Assembly: GCF_001194135.2 (NCBI RefSeq)
Contig: NC_068999.1
Span: 36,276,559-36,340,558, forward strand
DNA: 64,000 bases
Direction of reading: 5' to 3'
DNA from: Octopus bimaculoides
Taxonomy: Eukaryota
Shown here: in pieces, positions 1-12,688 of the stretch
How positions within the stretch are numbered: position 1 is the first letter of the stretch
How the letters are laid out: each line of letters opens with the position of its first letter
Position numbers and translations under genes: made by a program
The notes under the pieces: generated by a model
Seen by the model: only the letters and a program-made list of their open reading frames with translations
Database searches by the model: none
Told to the model about the DNA's origin: nothing

Positions 1-553
1 TATATATACATATAAACAGAGAGAGATACATGGAATGGAGATGGAGACAGAGATAGAAAGAAAGATTCGCATGTATATTTATTATATATGTGTGCGAGTG
101 CGTATGGGTGTGCGCACGTGTGAGCTTTTGCTCATTTATTCATTGATATATAGAAGTGTGTATGTAGTCGCCAATACCAAATATATTCTTGATTTTCTCA
201 CATTCCTCGAGCAGATGCAACACAATCAATAGTAAGTAAATTGAATATCCTATAATAATGAAATGTGGAAGAAATTTCACACAAGCTTTCAACATCTACA
301 TATAAATTTATCTGTTTTCTAACGAATCTATCTGATTGTCGATCTTTGAATCTATAGAGAATTACATTAATATGCCTTTCTTGTCACAGTCGTCTACAAT
401 ATAACACCCGCATTGCATATGATGTTTGTGAGACTTTCGTTTACCTCAACAGCCTCCCATCCATCACCTACATGTGTTATATTCGATCTGTGAATATTTA
501 TTTTCGAATATCTTCCTTTCTTCAAGTGTGTTTCTTCAACAGTATACTGTATA

Positions 554-800
554 GAAGGCCCATGGTTCGGTGATTAGAGCTTCGGGCCCAAAGTCATGAG
601 CTAGTAAGGACCGGACTGTGTGTTATGTTCTTGAGCAACACACTCTATTTCACTCGGCTGTATGAGCCTTTACTTTTCGTTTGGATAACATTGGCATCTT
701 GAAGAGGCGAGGCTGGTACGCATCGACAAATGTTGGTCTGCTATAAAACAACCTTTCCCGGACATGTGCCTTGGAGGGGAAATTTCTAGATGCAACCCTA
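554..800 (+). mobile_element. tRNA-headed SINE family C, degraded copy
   Basis: GAAGGCCCATGGTTCGGTG head, TTCTTGAGCAACACACT core and GGATAACATTGG...CCCGGACATGTGCCTTGGAGGG body shared with 2105-2423 and (reverse) 63535-63884. Confidence 0.7.
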
Positions 801-1080
801 TACTCTTTAGTGTTTTGGGAGCAGCATGATTGAATGGTTCAGCAGTTCGCTTCGAATTTATAAGGACATGGATTCAATCCCATTGGAATCTTGAGGACCT
901 GTATTTTATTATAGCGTCGAATTTAACCAATACTTGAGAGTGGAATTGGATAGACTGAAACTACAAAGAGCTTGGAACAAATCGAACAGGGTGAACACGT
1001 GGTATAAAACCGACAAATACCAAGGTGGTGGTGGTGGTGGTGGTGGTGGAAGGTTAGTTCAAGCACAAAGATATGTATAT

Positions 1081-1114
<34 letters not shown>

Positions 1115-1121
<7 letters not shown>

Positions 1122-1290
1122 CGTATATTCGACGGATATCTTTCCGTTTCCGTTTGTCAAATCCACTCACAAGTCTTTGGTCGCCTCTGTCCGTAGCTAT
1201 AAAAGAATACATTTTCCCAAGATGCCGTGCAGTGGGACTAGACCCCAAAACATGTGCTTGGGAAGTAGACTGCTTCCCCTGCACCTTGTT
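1115..1290 (-). mobile_element. SINE family B, 5' half
   Basis: Reverse complement matches the GTCCCACTGC...CTATAGC...TGTGAGTGGATTTG...GACGGAAAC body seen intact at 35283-35665. Confidence 0.75.
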
Positions 1291-2104
1291 CATAGGCTTA
1301 TTATATAATTCCTTTAGTTCGGACACTTAAAACCTAATGAGCAAATATTTCAGTTGACCGAACTACTGCATACGACTTACTCTCCGTCGAAACAGACGGA
1401 AATCCATTTGCTCTTCATCTTAACACCCACGTCTCGTTGTCATTCTGTGAATATCTATTGTCCAATGTCTATCTTTAAGTGTCTTTATTCAATAGTCTAT
1501 TCTCTAACACCTTCATGTAATTGTGATTTAATTGTGAATCTTTATTGTTCAATGTCTTCCTTCATAATAACGGTGTCACCAATCTTTAATGTTTTTGCGT
1601 GTTTAGAAATGTTATAATATATAAATTCTGCTTCTGGTAACAATTCAACACACATACACACATCATGTATATATGTTTGTATGTATGTTTGTATGTACGT
1701 ATGTATGTATGTATGTATGTATGTATGTATGTATGTATGGAGATACTGAATGATATAACACAAAATGTTTTTAATCAATTCTCAATTTATGGTGAATTTA
1801 ATTTACTTCATTTAATTTACTTTGTGAAAGTATAGCACCTATTGCATTGCTTTTGTTCTCTTTGTCCAGTTGATAGACAAATTTCAAAATTTCGATTCCC
1901 TAAGGATTTTTGTTTCATTCATTAAGTACAATTCTACATGTCTGTTATATCAAACCACGCCGTTGATGTATTTGAGCTATCTTCCTTGTTTAAAATGTTC
2001 TTATATATATACAGATATGCCAGTGTAGAGACACAGAGTCATGGGTTTGTTGGTAAAAAGCTCTTTTTGCAAACATGCGGTTGGTTGGTAGAAACTTGTA
2101 TATG

Positions 2105-2423
2105 TATGTGAGCGTCTCACAATCACGAGGTAGTGAGTTCAATTCCCGGACCGGGTTGTGTTTTGTGTTCTTGAGCAAAACACTCTATTTAACGTTGCCC
2201 CAGGTCAGAAATGGGTTGCGAAGTCACTGGAGCCAGGCTGTATCGGCCTTTGCCTTTGCCTTGGATAACATCGGTGCCGTGGAGAGAGCAGGCTGGTATG
2301 CATGGGCAACTGCTGGTCTTCCATAAACAACCTTCCCCGGACTTGTGCCTTGGAGGGAGGGGAACTTTCTTGGTACAACTCCATGGTCATTCATGACCGA
2401 AGGAGTTCTTACCTTTTATCCTT
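2105..2423 (+). mobile_element. tRNA-headed SINE family C
   Basis: B-box-like GAGTTCAATTCC, TTCTTGAGCAAAACACT core, body homologous to 63535-63884 (reverse). Confidence 0.8.
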
Positions 2424-2739
2424 TGTGAGTGTCTATGAAAGAGAGAGAGAGAGAGAGATAGAGAGAGAGAATGTATGGGTGTGTGTGTGTGCATGTGTGT
2501 GCATATGTGTGTGTGCATGTGTGTGTGTGCATGTGTGTGTGTGCATGTGTGTGTGTGCATGTGTGTGTGTGCATGTGTGTGTGTGTACTAAGTGCGTGTT
2601 TGAGTTTGTTCTCCATCACCGTCGCGCAACCGGTTTGTTTTGTTTGTGTCCCCGCAACTTAGTGTTTACACTAAAAGATAACAAAGAATAAGTACCAGAC
2701 TTTAAAAAATATCTCCTGGGGTAGATTCGTTTGACACTG

Positions 2740-3480
2740 TTAGGTGCCATTGATCCGCTTCTTTAGGTGAAGACCCAATGACTTCTCCTAGTTACATTTT
2801 GCTCTAATATTTCCTTGTATCTTCTTAGCGCAGTGCTGATCGTCTCAGGGTCCTTTGTGTCGTACAATGTTACTGTGACGTCGTCCGCATATGCAACCAC
2901 GGATCTTCCGCGACCTAGTTCCCACAGGAAGTCCATCGAAACCTCCAATTTCCGCAGGAGTAGCTCTACATAAATTATGTACAGAAGAGGAGGGTTTGAG
3001 CCACACATGATGGACCAGATGCATGATACTGAACAGTTCCAATAGGTGGCGATGTGCTCCGATAGCCAAGCAGACGCCACTGTACACTGAAGCGATCCAA
3101 ACTCTGAAGACAAACTCAAAACCAAGTGCTATGAGAAGAGCAACCAAATGTTGACGGTCACTGTATCGAAAGCTTTTGACTGATCAAATGTGATCAGGCC
3201 CCCACCCATGCCAGTGTCTTTACCCTTACTCTCTATGACATATCGCCCGGGGTGGAAGCTGTTACGGACTGACATTTTTGGGATGGAATATGTCTGCACA
3301 TCAACGATAAGACTATCAATAACAAATGCCAACTTCTTGGCTATTATCTTGGACAAAATCTTGAACTTTGCATTCGGCATTGCTACAGGCCAAAAATTAT
3401 GAAATAGTCCCTCTTCCTCGGGTCTTTTTTCAACAGCACCTCTACACGACCGGTCACAAGACTGGCAAGAATCCTAGTCT
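2740..3480 (-). mobile_element. Tx1/L1-clade LINE reverse transcriptase fragment (frameshifted)
   Basis: Minus ORFs 3129-3380 and 2763-3125 give NFWPVAMPNAKFKILSKIIAKKL, GLITFDQSKAFDTV, GSNPPLLYII and the catalytic AYADDVTV, matching non-LTR RT motifs of Tx1 type. Confidence 0.9.
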
Positions 3481-3868
3481 GCTACCTGTTGCAGATACAA
3501 TGATGAAAGGCAAAGCTGAACACGGCAGCATTTGATCGCGGAATGTGAAAAGCTAAAATAAATACCATAAGGCCTTCTCTCCAATTATTAGATAATTTCA
3601 CATGTCTCCTGCTCTGGGTTAGTCCTTTATTTCAGTAACCCTTGGAAAGATGAAAGGCAAGGCTAGTCGTGGCAGAATTTGAACTCAGAAAATAGAAGCC
3701 AAAATAAATATCGCAAAGAAGGTTGATTAATAATTTAACGATTCTGTCAAGCTGCTACCTCGGGCGTCAGACGTGTTACCTTTTGTTTCCATTATTGCTA
3801 TGGACAAAACACGCTAACAAGCAAATATAGAGACAATTGCTGCAGTGTTTCTATTTCTAGCTCCTTTC

Positions 3869-4047
3869 GTACCTGAAAATTAAAACATTGGACAACTTTT
3901 CTCCTATATAGTAGGCTACTGTTTAAATAGGATATAACGTTATAAAATTAATATTTAGTACGTGAAAATGAAAACACAGGACTAATTTTCTCCTATATAG
4001 TAGGCTACTGTTTAAAATAGCAAATATTGTTATAAAATTGATATTTA
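3869..4047. repeat. Two-copy tandem duplication, about 89 bp unit
   Basis: Both units contain TTTTCTCCTATATAGTAGGCTACTGTTTAAA and GTTATAAAATT(A/G)ATATTTAG; starts at 3869 and 3958. Confidence 0.85.
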
Positions 4048-7000
4048 GGAATATTTTCTGAAGGTAATTAGAGAAAGTAATGATTGAAATATCATGTCAA
4101 CAATACATCAGAGATGAGAAATAATCCACCACTAACTCCACCCACAAAAAAACCATCATATAAACCTCATGTTAGAAAACACATAATGACAGTTATAAAG
4201 ATTTGAGATGAAATGATAATATGGCAGAAGCTTTTGATCAAACTGGAGATATTTGACAAAAATCTAATGCAACCCATAATTTGTCAGATAAACAGAATTA
4301 ATAAGGTTTAATGCAAAGATGGTTTAATCCATTAACAGAGACATAGATAAAGCGGACACATATCTTTAAGATAATCTAGAACAAGTGATTATTTGACATA
4401 CAAAAGGTATGCTTATAAAGGAGCTTCTACGTGGTAACTCACACGGCACTAAATAGCAGTTAAATCACAATTAGATCAAACAATACCACCTGAAAAGAGA
4501 GGATAAATTAAATAATGTTGCCTTGACACAGTTTGAAGATATACACAGGTTGACAAGGATACGATTTGACCAAGGACTAAAGAGCAAAACACATCTGCCA
4601 AAGATGAAGAATGAAAAATATAGGTAGATTTGTTAAGTGTGTGAGAGACAGAAGCAAGAAATAAAAGTTATAGCAGGTAGTTACCTGGAAATGATGTAAT
4701 GTGGATGAATGAGTCCTTTGTGGAAGTAATATGGTCTTGATGTTTAATAATAACAGAATCACGGATAAATACAGGTGCATACATCTCTGAAGTCCCACGC
4801 AGTATCCATGTAGCAAGTTTTACTATAAAGCATTGTTCAATCCGAAGCTATAGTAGGAAATACTTAGCCAATGTATCAGGTGGTGGGTTAGAACGCGTAA
4901 CTATATAATCGGGGAACAAACTCCTTAAACCACACAGCTATGCCTAAATCTAAATCTATGCGCTTAAGATTTTATGCATATATATGAAGATTATATACAT
5001 CATAGACGTGTGTCTGTGTGCGTGTGTGTGTGTGTTTGAGCGTATACATGAATGCATGTGTGTGTGTGTGTATGTCTGTATGTTTTCTTTCATATTTAAA
5101 GTTCATCTTCATGGAGTTCAAGCCAGTCGCTAACAAGGTGACATGACCTTTTGAGTTAAGACATTTCTCACGGTTTGTAAATATGTGGTTGAGTTAGTGC
5201 ACTTATTTCTCTGTAGTCATATCGCTTTAGTACTTTGGTGCTCGTACGCGTGTGCGCACGAGCGTGTGTGCTTGATCTCCTTTTACATGTGTTACTTTGT
5301 CGATGCATACAACCAAGTATGTGAATAACTTTCTTTAAAGTATTCCAAATGTAGAATCTTTGTAATGTCTTACACATTTTTGCCGTATCGCAAAAAGTTT
5401 TCATTTGGAGGATGCACATTAGTTTCTTTTCCTTTTTCTGTGAAAACCTAAGAATTTTTAGGTTTTTATGCAAATCCGTAGCTACATAGCCTATTGCACC
5501 TTTGATGATATCAGACTTAAGGACAAAGTCCTCGATATGAGAAATATGAATAATTTTTACATTTACGATTAAACAAATGCAACTTTGAGAAGTAATATTG
5601 ATTTATTTTGTTGTTACAAACTTACAAAAATATTAGAGATCTTTGAACGACATTGAAGGGTCAAAATACAATGGTAACACTGATGGAATTTGATCTCACA
5701 ATGTAAGGCAACAGACGCTAAACAACACAGTACAAAGTTTTTAATGTGGCACTTCACCGATTCTGCCAGCCATGGAACCCTTTAACTATAGAAGCCATTG
5801 AGATAATGTGCCTTAGGCGAAAACATTATCGAATTTCGCAAAGTCTGTAGAATCAATAAGAGAAACTGAACAAGACCAGATTGTGTTTACTGAAGAAAAC
5901 TTATTATGGCGTGACTAGAATTTAAAATTAATGAGAATTGCTATTTTAGTTTGAAAATAGAATTTTCTAAACTATTCTTCTTTTCTTAAATTCTTCTCCC
6001 ATAAAATATAAAAGAATAATAATTTACATAAATATACCCGAAGACTCATGCTGATTTAACTGACTTTATCATAAATATCACGCGTGAATGAACAAGCTTC
6101 GAACTCACGCTCCAGGAGCTACGAGTCATTAACTGCTGAATCGTCGTTAAATCTTTCCTTCAAAGAAAACAATATTTTAAATTTACTCTACAGTCTCATC
6201 AAGACAAATTAACCTTCAGATGATGAACACGTAAACAATTCTGTGATCCTCGGACCTGGATTACAAATTAACAATGTAGTTTATTTTAGTAATAAACATT
6301 ATAAACCACGAGCAGGGGAGGAACTCTACCCTTAGCTATCTTCTGTTCTGATGCATGGAGGAATAACTCCGTGATTGTTTGATATTGTCTGAGCATTTTA
6401 GATGGAAATACTTGCAGTTGAATAGTGGAGAGCTTGTTTGTTTGTTTCTTTCTTTCTTAGAGTGGTAGAGTTTTAAGGTTGTTTGTTGTCTTTTATTTTT
6501 AAAGTTCTAGATTAGAACAGATGAGGTATATCTATGATGAGAAAGGTTTTAGAGATTATCATTTCCACTTCCCAGTAGAAAACATGATTTCAGAGGATAT
6601 TCGGCCGGTATTTCTAGCGGAACAGGAAACTACTTACGGAGCCATCTGGTGACTCAATCTTAGGAAGAGGCGACGTTAAGGATGGCGTGATGTTGTTGGT
6701 TTGATATAAAAAGTTAGTTTACCTTGGAGGAATAAAGTCTTGTAGTAGTAGCTGAAGAGTCAGAAGCGGTCACCCGTTATTAGGACTGCTTCATACACAC
6801 TTTGATTAGAAACTAACAATACACACACACACACACACNNNNNNNNNNTATACACTCACACTCACAAACACACTCACTCAAACACACATAATGACTCAAT
6901 AAAGAGTCGTGCAGATGAAGACAAAATACTAAAACTTCGTATCACCTGAGATGTGAGTTAAGAATTGTATAGAATAAAATATGAAGAGATTACCTTGCCA

Positions 7001-8749
7001 AGTTAATGTACCAATCATTTTGAAGCTGTGAAGAAACTTAAAGCCTCCAAAGCCAAAGTAATAAAATATGATAATCAATTATATCAAACTAATAGAAAAA
7101 CAAATGTCAACCAATTTAGCTGTCGGTATAATGTGTAACGGTCATAGATGAAACTTAATACAGCTTTCTGGTTGTCACAGTAACACTTCACAGGCTGCCG
7201 TTGAATAGTAAGCCAGCTATCATGGTTGTTAAATAGCTAACCATCATTCTTGATATCTGAATCTTTCCTTCTTGTATCATTAACGTCGTTCCCATAAAAC
7301 TAACATTTACAACTTTTAATAACCTTTATTCACACACGCACAGACGCACGCACAGACATACATACGAACATTTATGTGTGGGTGTCCGTTTATGTACACA
7401 CATACACATATATAAAGCCACACACAAACACACATACACACACACGCACACACATATATATATTACATACATATATCTTTATATATACGCATATGCATAC
7501 AAGTGATGTATATATATATATATATATATATATNNNNNNNNNNNNNNNNNNNNNNNNNNNNNNNNNNNNNNNNNNNNNNNNNNNNNNNNNNNNNNNNNNN
7601 NNNNNNNNNNNNNNNNNNNNNNNNNNNNNNNNNNNNNNNNNNNNNNNNNNNNNNNNNNNNNNNNNNNNNNNNNNNNNNNNNNNNNNNNNNNNNNNNNNNN
7701 NNNNNNNNNNNNNNNNNNNNNNNNNNNNNNNNNNNNNNNNNNNNNNNNNNNNNNNNNNNNNNNNNNNNNNNNNNNNNNNNNNNNNNNNNNNNNNNNNNNN
7801 NNNNNNNNNNNNNNNNNNNNNNNNNNNNNNNNNNNNNNNNNNNNNNNNNNNNNNNNNNNNNNNNNNNNNNNNNNNNNNNNNNNNNNNNNNNNNNNNNNNN
7901 NNNNNNNNNNNNNNNNNNNNNNNNNNNNNNNNNNNNNNNNNNNNNNNNNNNNNNNNNNNNNNNNNNNNNNNNNNNNNNNNNNNNNNNNNNNNNNNNNNNN
8001 NNNNNNNNNNNNNNNNNNNNNNNNNNNNNNNNNNNNNNNNNNNNNNNNNNNNNNNNNNNNNNNNNNNNNNNNNNNNNNNNNNATATATATATATATATAT
8101 ATACACACACGTGTGTGTGCGTGTGTGTGTGTGTGTACAAAAATGAAAGTTGTTGATCTGCCTGTTAGAGCTGCCAAAATGTAAATAAAAGACATAATGA
8201 CATGTGACAGGATAAAGCAAGACACGAGAAAGTATGGAAGATTTAATATCTTCACAACTCATTTTTAATGATAACGACCGTTGGAAAAAAACAAAACAGA
8301 TACGTAGTTTTTGCTGTCTCATATATTAATGCTTTAACATCATAGCAATATATTTCTTGGCCAGTAAGCTTGATGACAAACCAGGGACAATAATCTTTGT
8401 TCTACTGAGTTCTATGTTTCGACGTCAGACCTTTTTTCCACTCGATATTTTAATCTCTTTATCATTTACGTTTGTGTTTTCGTTTTCGTTGAACCTTCGT
8501 ACGATATCTTCTACTCGGTAACTTTTTTTCTGGTTCCCAAGACACCATGTATCTAATTCTTACGTCTAGTTTCTTGATACGTTTATCGGCTGGGTGTCAA
8601 ATCCCTCCTCTCTACTGCATAAGACGTTGATTGAGTGATCTAACGTAGGAATGTTTTGCTACAAAACGATGTTATTAGAAAAAATTATAAATTACAAAAT
8701 GAAAATTATATATAGATAGTTAGATAGATAGGAAACGAAACAATTGTTT

Positions 8750-8960
8750 TAAGCGTTTCAGTCATTTGGCTGTGGCGATGCTGGAGCACCGTCTTACAGG
8801 GTTTGACTCGAAGAAATCGACACCAAGACTTATTCTTTGTAAGCCTAATACTTAATCTGTCGGTTTCTTTAGTTGAAACGCTAGGTTAATGGGACATAAA
8901 TACAGCAACGTCGGTTGTCAAGCGATGATGAGGAGACAAACAGACACAAAGACACATACA
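8750..8960 (-). mobile_element. SINE family B, 3' half
   Basis: GTTTCAGTCATTTGGCTGTGGCGATGCTGGAGCACCG is the reverse of the family B tail. Confidence 0.8.
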
Positions 8961-8999
8961 TATATATACATATATATACATATATATACATATTCTTTT

Positions 9000-9100
9000 C
9001 TACTCTAGACACAAGGCCTGAAATTTTGGGGATGGGGGCCAGTCGATTAGACCCATCCCAGTATGCAACTGGTACTTAATTTATCGAACTCCGCCGCCTT

Positions 9101-9105
<5 letters not shown>
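9000..9105 (-). mobile_element. SINE family A, truncated
   Basis: TTTTCTACTCTAGACACAAGGCC...GGGGCCAGTCGATTAGA...GCAACTGGTACTTAATTTATCG is the reverse of the 3' part of 45369-45576. Confidence 0.8.
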
Positions 9106-9134
<29 letters not shown>

Positions 9135-9533
9135 NNNNNNNNNNNNNNNNNNNNNNNNNNNNNNNNNNNNNNNNNNNNNNNNNNNNNNNNNNNNNNNNNN
9201 NNNNNNNNNNNNNNNNNNNNNNNNNNNNNNNNNNNNNNNNNNNNNNNNNNNNNNNNNNNNNNNNNNNNNNNNNNNNNNNNNNNNNNNNNNNNNNNNNNNN
9301 NNNNNNNNNNNNNNNNNNNNNNNNNNNNNNNNNNNNNNNNNNNNNNNNNNNNNNNNNNNNNNNNNNNNNNNNNNNNNNNNNNATATATATACATATATAT
9401 ACATATATATATATATATATTAAAGGAAATAGAGAAATACAATTGACATATTAAAGATTTATTTACATTATAATATAATATGATTATACTGTAAAAAGAT
9501 ATAATATAACAAATAATTAAAACAAATGTAAAT

Positions 9534-9609
9534 CCAACAATTTGTTTCGACTCACATCCACTAGTGAATTTATAAAAATTCACATTTATGCATATGAGTC
9601 TCCTCAGGG
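9534..9609 (-). ncRNA. Type I hammerhead ribozyme motif (Penelope-associated)
   Basis: Minus strand reads CC CTGAGGA GACTCATAT [insert with 8-bp hairpin GTGAATTT/AAATTCAC] ATGTGAGTC GAA ACAAATTGT T GG: intact CUGANGA and GAAA cores, 9-bp helix II (one G-U), near-palindromic helix III, GUU cleavage triplet, short helix I. Confidence 0.75.
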
Positions 9610-10519
9610 CGATATTTGTTTTTTTTTTTAGAAAAAAATGCAGACAATAATTACATGCAAGGACTGCTAAATTATGAAAGAGACTGATTAAAATATACGT
9701 ATCTTTACAAGCATTATCGTTAATAATTCAAAAATATAATTAATATAATAAAAACAAAAATAAAATTCAAATAGATGAAATAATTATGTAAAGACAATTT
9801 ACAACGGTCATAAAATGTTCTTGTAGATCTCCAATAATATTAATCTACAGATATTTTAATCGAAAATAATCACTGGACATTTTATTATATAATAAGCTCT
9901 ATATATGTTAAAAATTTATGGTGGAGTAGGAAATATATTTTATCTAAAATTACTATATACAATGATGAAAAAAGATAAATAATTATGGCACTAAATTCAT
10001 TAAAAAAATGTTTAATCACTCAAACATTTCTACTAAATATGCCGATGTTAAACAAATGTATAAAGTTACGATGATTATAAACAATACTATTTCTTAATAA
10101 TGATAATATAAATAAATAAAGTATCAGAATTTTACTTAGTTTTACAGACAGAAAGAAATTAAAGTAAGCCAATACTTTTACTATTCTATAAATTTTTAAT
10201 GTGTATATAAGTTCGAAAGAACATAATATGATTATATATACTAAATATTATAGAGTTTACAAGAAATATTAATATATGCATAATTATTTTTAAAAATATA
10301 TAATTATATATAATAATTATTCTAGTCTGTTTATTCATACTAATATAAACATTATTCTTAGTGAGTAACAAGTGAAAAACACAAATTTACTTAGTTTATC
10401 AGAGGAAAACACCACCGTAAATTAATTAAACAAATGTATAAAGCTACAATTATTATAAACTACGTTATTTCTTACATAAAAGTGATCATATATAAAGAAT
10501 ATTTATATAAATAATATAA

Positions 10520-11400
10520 AGTGTGTATATATATAAAGTGTATAAGATTTAGATTTAGATTCAAAATTGAATATGGTACTTATGTTTAAGCACCAGAATA
10601 TAGTATGGTATTATCCAAAACCATTCTAAAAGCAAGGTGATCAAGAAATCAAAATAAGCAACACGGATTTTAAAGATGATTGCAGTACGCACGTTTCATG
10701 CTACTCCATTTATTTAAGTAATGCGAGCATTACATTAAATGCAATGTGTAGAGCAATCTTCAGCTGCACGAAAGTGTAGAAAATTACAGTAGAATAGACA
10801 TATTATAATTGTGGCAACATTTAAAATCCAAGTCGGAAGAAGAATACATAAAAATCTATCTTGACATAGCCAAGGCTAGCAGGCTACTAATTAGTTCTAG
10901 GTAGAATTCTACTGTCTCTGATTTTATTGTCTCTTATCTAGTATAGTATAAGGGGCAATCACTTCTAAGGAAAGGGAAGGTGTCAGCATTATACATGGAT
11001 ATGGTTATAAAGGTTTCCCTGGTCAGAGTGGCAACACTATTTTAGGTTGGGTTTTTGTTTTACTGCTATCATAATGCTGGGGAATTAGACCTTAAGCATT
11101 TAGGTCAACAGGGCTTTTTTCTTTAGTCTGAATAAAGCATCAGTATTGTTTTACATATACTAAGTATAGGAAATTTATAGATATCAATATTAGCTTAATT
11201 AATATGTTAATAATAAGAAGTATGTTAATAATAATAAAATTGTTAATAATAAAATGCAATTAGTTTATACAAAAACCCTGAAGTAGTGTCAATTCTGAAT
11301 TCAAAGGCTATAGATAAGGTGTAACGTTTAAGAATATTATATATATTGGGCTCAGAAAACTATTTTGAATAATTTTAAAATAAATTATTAAAAAAAAATT
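10520..11400 (-). mobile_element. Highly decayed Penelope-like element (linker and GIY-YIG region)
   Basis: Manual minus translation gives TSGFLYKL, SVATL..ISMYN, RSDCPL, FKCCHNY and KWSSMKRA..NPCCLF in the order expected for a PLE C-terminal half; many stops; a same-strand hammerhead lies about 0.9 kb downstream. Confidence 0.5.
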
Positions 11401-11531
11401 AAACTAATATATATAATAATACTATTTAAAAGACACATAAAAGGTAAGCTTTATTTTTATGATGTAAAGAATACACGCACACGCGCACACACACAGACAC
11501 ACACACACACACACAGACAGACACACACAGC

Positions 11532-11738
11532 AGCTAGGTGGTAGAATCGTTAGTACGGCAGACAAAATGCTTAGCGGAATTTTTGCGTCTTTACGTGATG
11601 AGTGCAAACTCTGCTGAAACCGCCTTTGCCTTCTCTCTCTGCGGTGTCGATAAGATAAGTACCAGTCAAGTACTGAGATCGATGCAATAGACTTATCCCT
11701 CCCCCAAAATTGCTGGACTTGTGCCAAAATGTGAAACT
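11532..11738 (+). mobile_element. SINE family A
   Basis: GGTGGTAGAATCGTTAG..AAAATGCTTAGCGG..GATAAGATAAGTACCAG..CTTGTGCCAAAATG matches 45369-45576. Confidence 0.85.
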
Positions 11739-11876
11739 AATTTATTACCTTTTAGGGTGAGACCAAAATTCATATAAATATCAGCCTATTTATTCATTCA
11801 TATATTTATGAGTAATCCAAACCATAATTACTGCTAAAATATAAAATATCGAGTGGGTTACATGTGTGCGTGATTA

Positions 11877-11908
<32 letters not shown>

Positions 11909-12477
11909 GCGTGTGTGTGTATGTGTGTGTGTGTGTGTGTATGTGTGTGTGCGCGCTGAGCCCTATATATTTTAGTTTACCTCTAAAGTAAGGCCCCCAC
12001 GAGCATCTTTTCAACAGCTCAGTCAGGAATGAGGCAGCCAATGGGTATAATGCCTCCCGGCAGTATCTATTTTGACTTTCGGCGCTTTGAATTCGAATCC
12101 CACCGTAGTCACCTTTATCTTTTTTCTTCTCAAGGCCAATAAAAAAACATCGCAAAACATGATGAGATACCTAGCTGTATCTTTTCCGGCTTTTTGTGTT
12201 TTGAGAGCAATGCTTTTGCAAAATCTACTGCCAATTTGGTGGTTTCGGGATTGGATAAACTTCGATGGCGTGAAGAGCGGGTACTCGCAAGCTTGGACAT
12301 CTGCTAGTTTTCTTCAAATATTCTTAGCGAGGACTGCATATTCCATGTTCATTTGAATGGTCAACATTATTCGACGGAAGCCCCTACATACGTTGATGAT
12401 CAAACTGACTATTAGGCAGATTATTTTTCGCAAAGAAACACATTTATTTACATGTTAATATGTAAACTTCACAAGAA

Positions 12478-12688
12478 GACGAGCTGGCAGGATCGTTCGC
12501 ACACCAGGCAAAGTGCTTAGCGGCATTTCGTCCGTCTTTACGTTCTGAGTTCAAATTCCGTTGAACGTCAACTTTGCCGTTCACCCTTTGAGATCGATAA
12601 AATAACGATCAGTTGAACACCGATGTCGATGTAATTGACTTATTCCCACCCCCGAAATTGCTGGCCTTGTGCCAAAATTTGAAACTAC
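12478..12688 (+). mobile_element. SINE family A
   Basis: GAGCTGGCAGGATCGTT..TTTACGTTCTGAGTTCAAATTCCG..GGCCTTGTGCCAAAATTTGAAAC. Confidence 0.85.

Noticed and set aside
1430-1620. LKIGDTVIMKED on the minus strand, resembling a BEL/Pao integrase C-terminus
   Set aside because: Only about 10 residues match; no flanking motifs or LTRs.
2211-2396. ORF similar to 63376-63807 (PLPLPW..GMHGQLLVFHKQP), looking like a conserved protein
   Set aside because: Both are translations of SINE family C copies.
4080-4440. Possible RTE or CR1 remnant (KLEIFDK..SGHI)
   Set aside because: Similarity is too weak to support without a profile search.
6300-6790. Possible minus-strand Jockey/CR1 remnant (PKIESPDGS..GRVP)
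   Set aside because: Only scattered motif-like words; not supportable by eye.
9400-11420. Nuclear mitochondrial insertion (NUMT)
   Set aside because: AT-rich and hydrophobic on the minus strand, but no ND5, CYTB, COX or rRNA motif was found; PLE motifs and a hammerhead explain it better.
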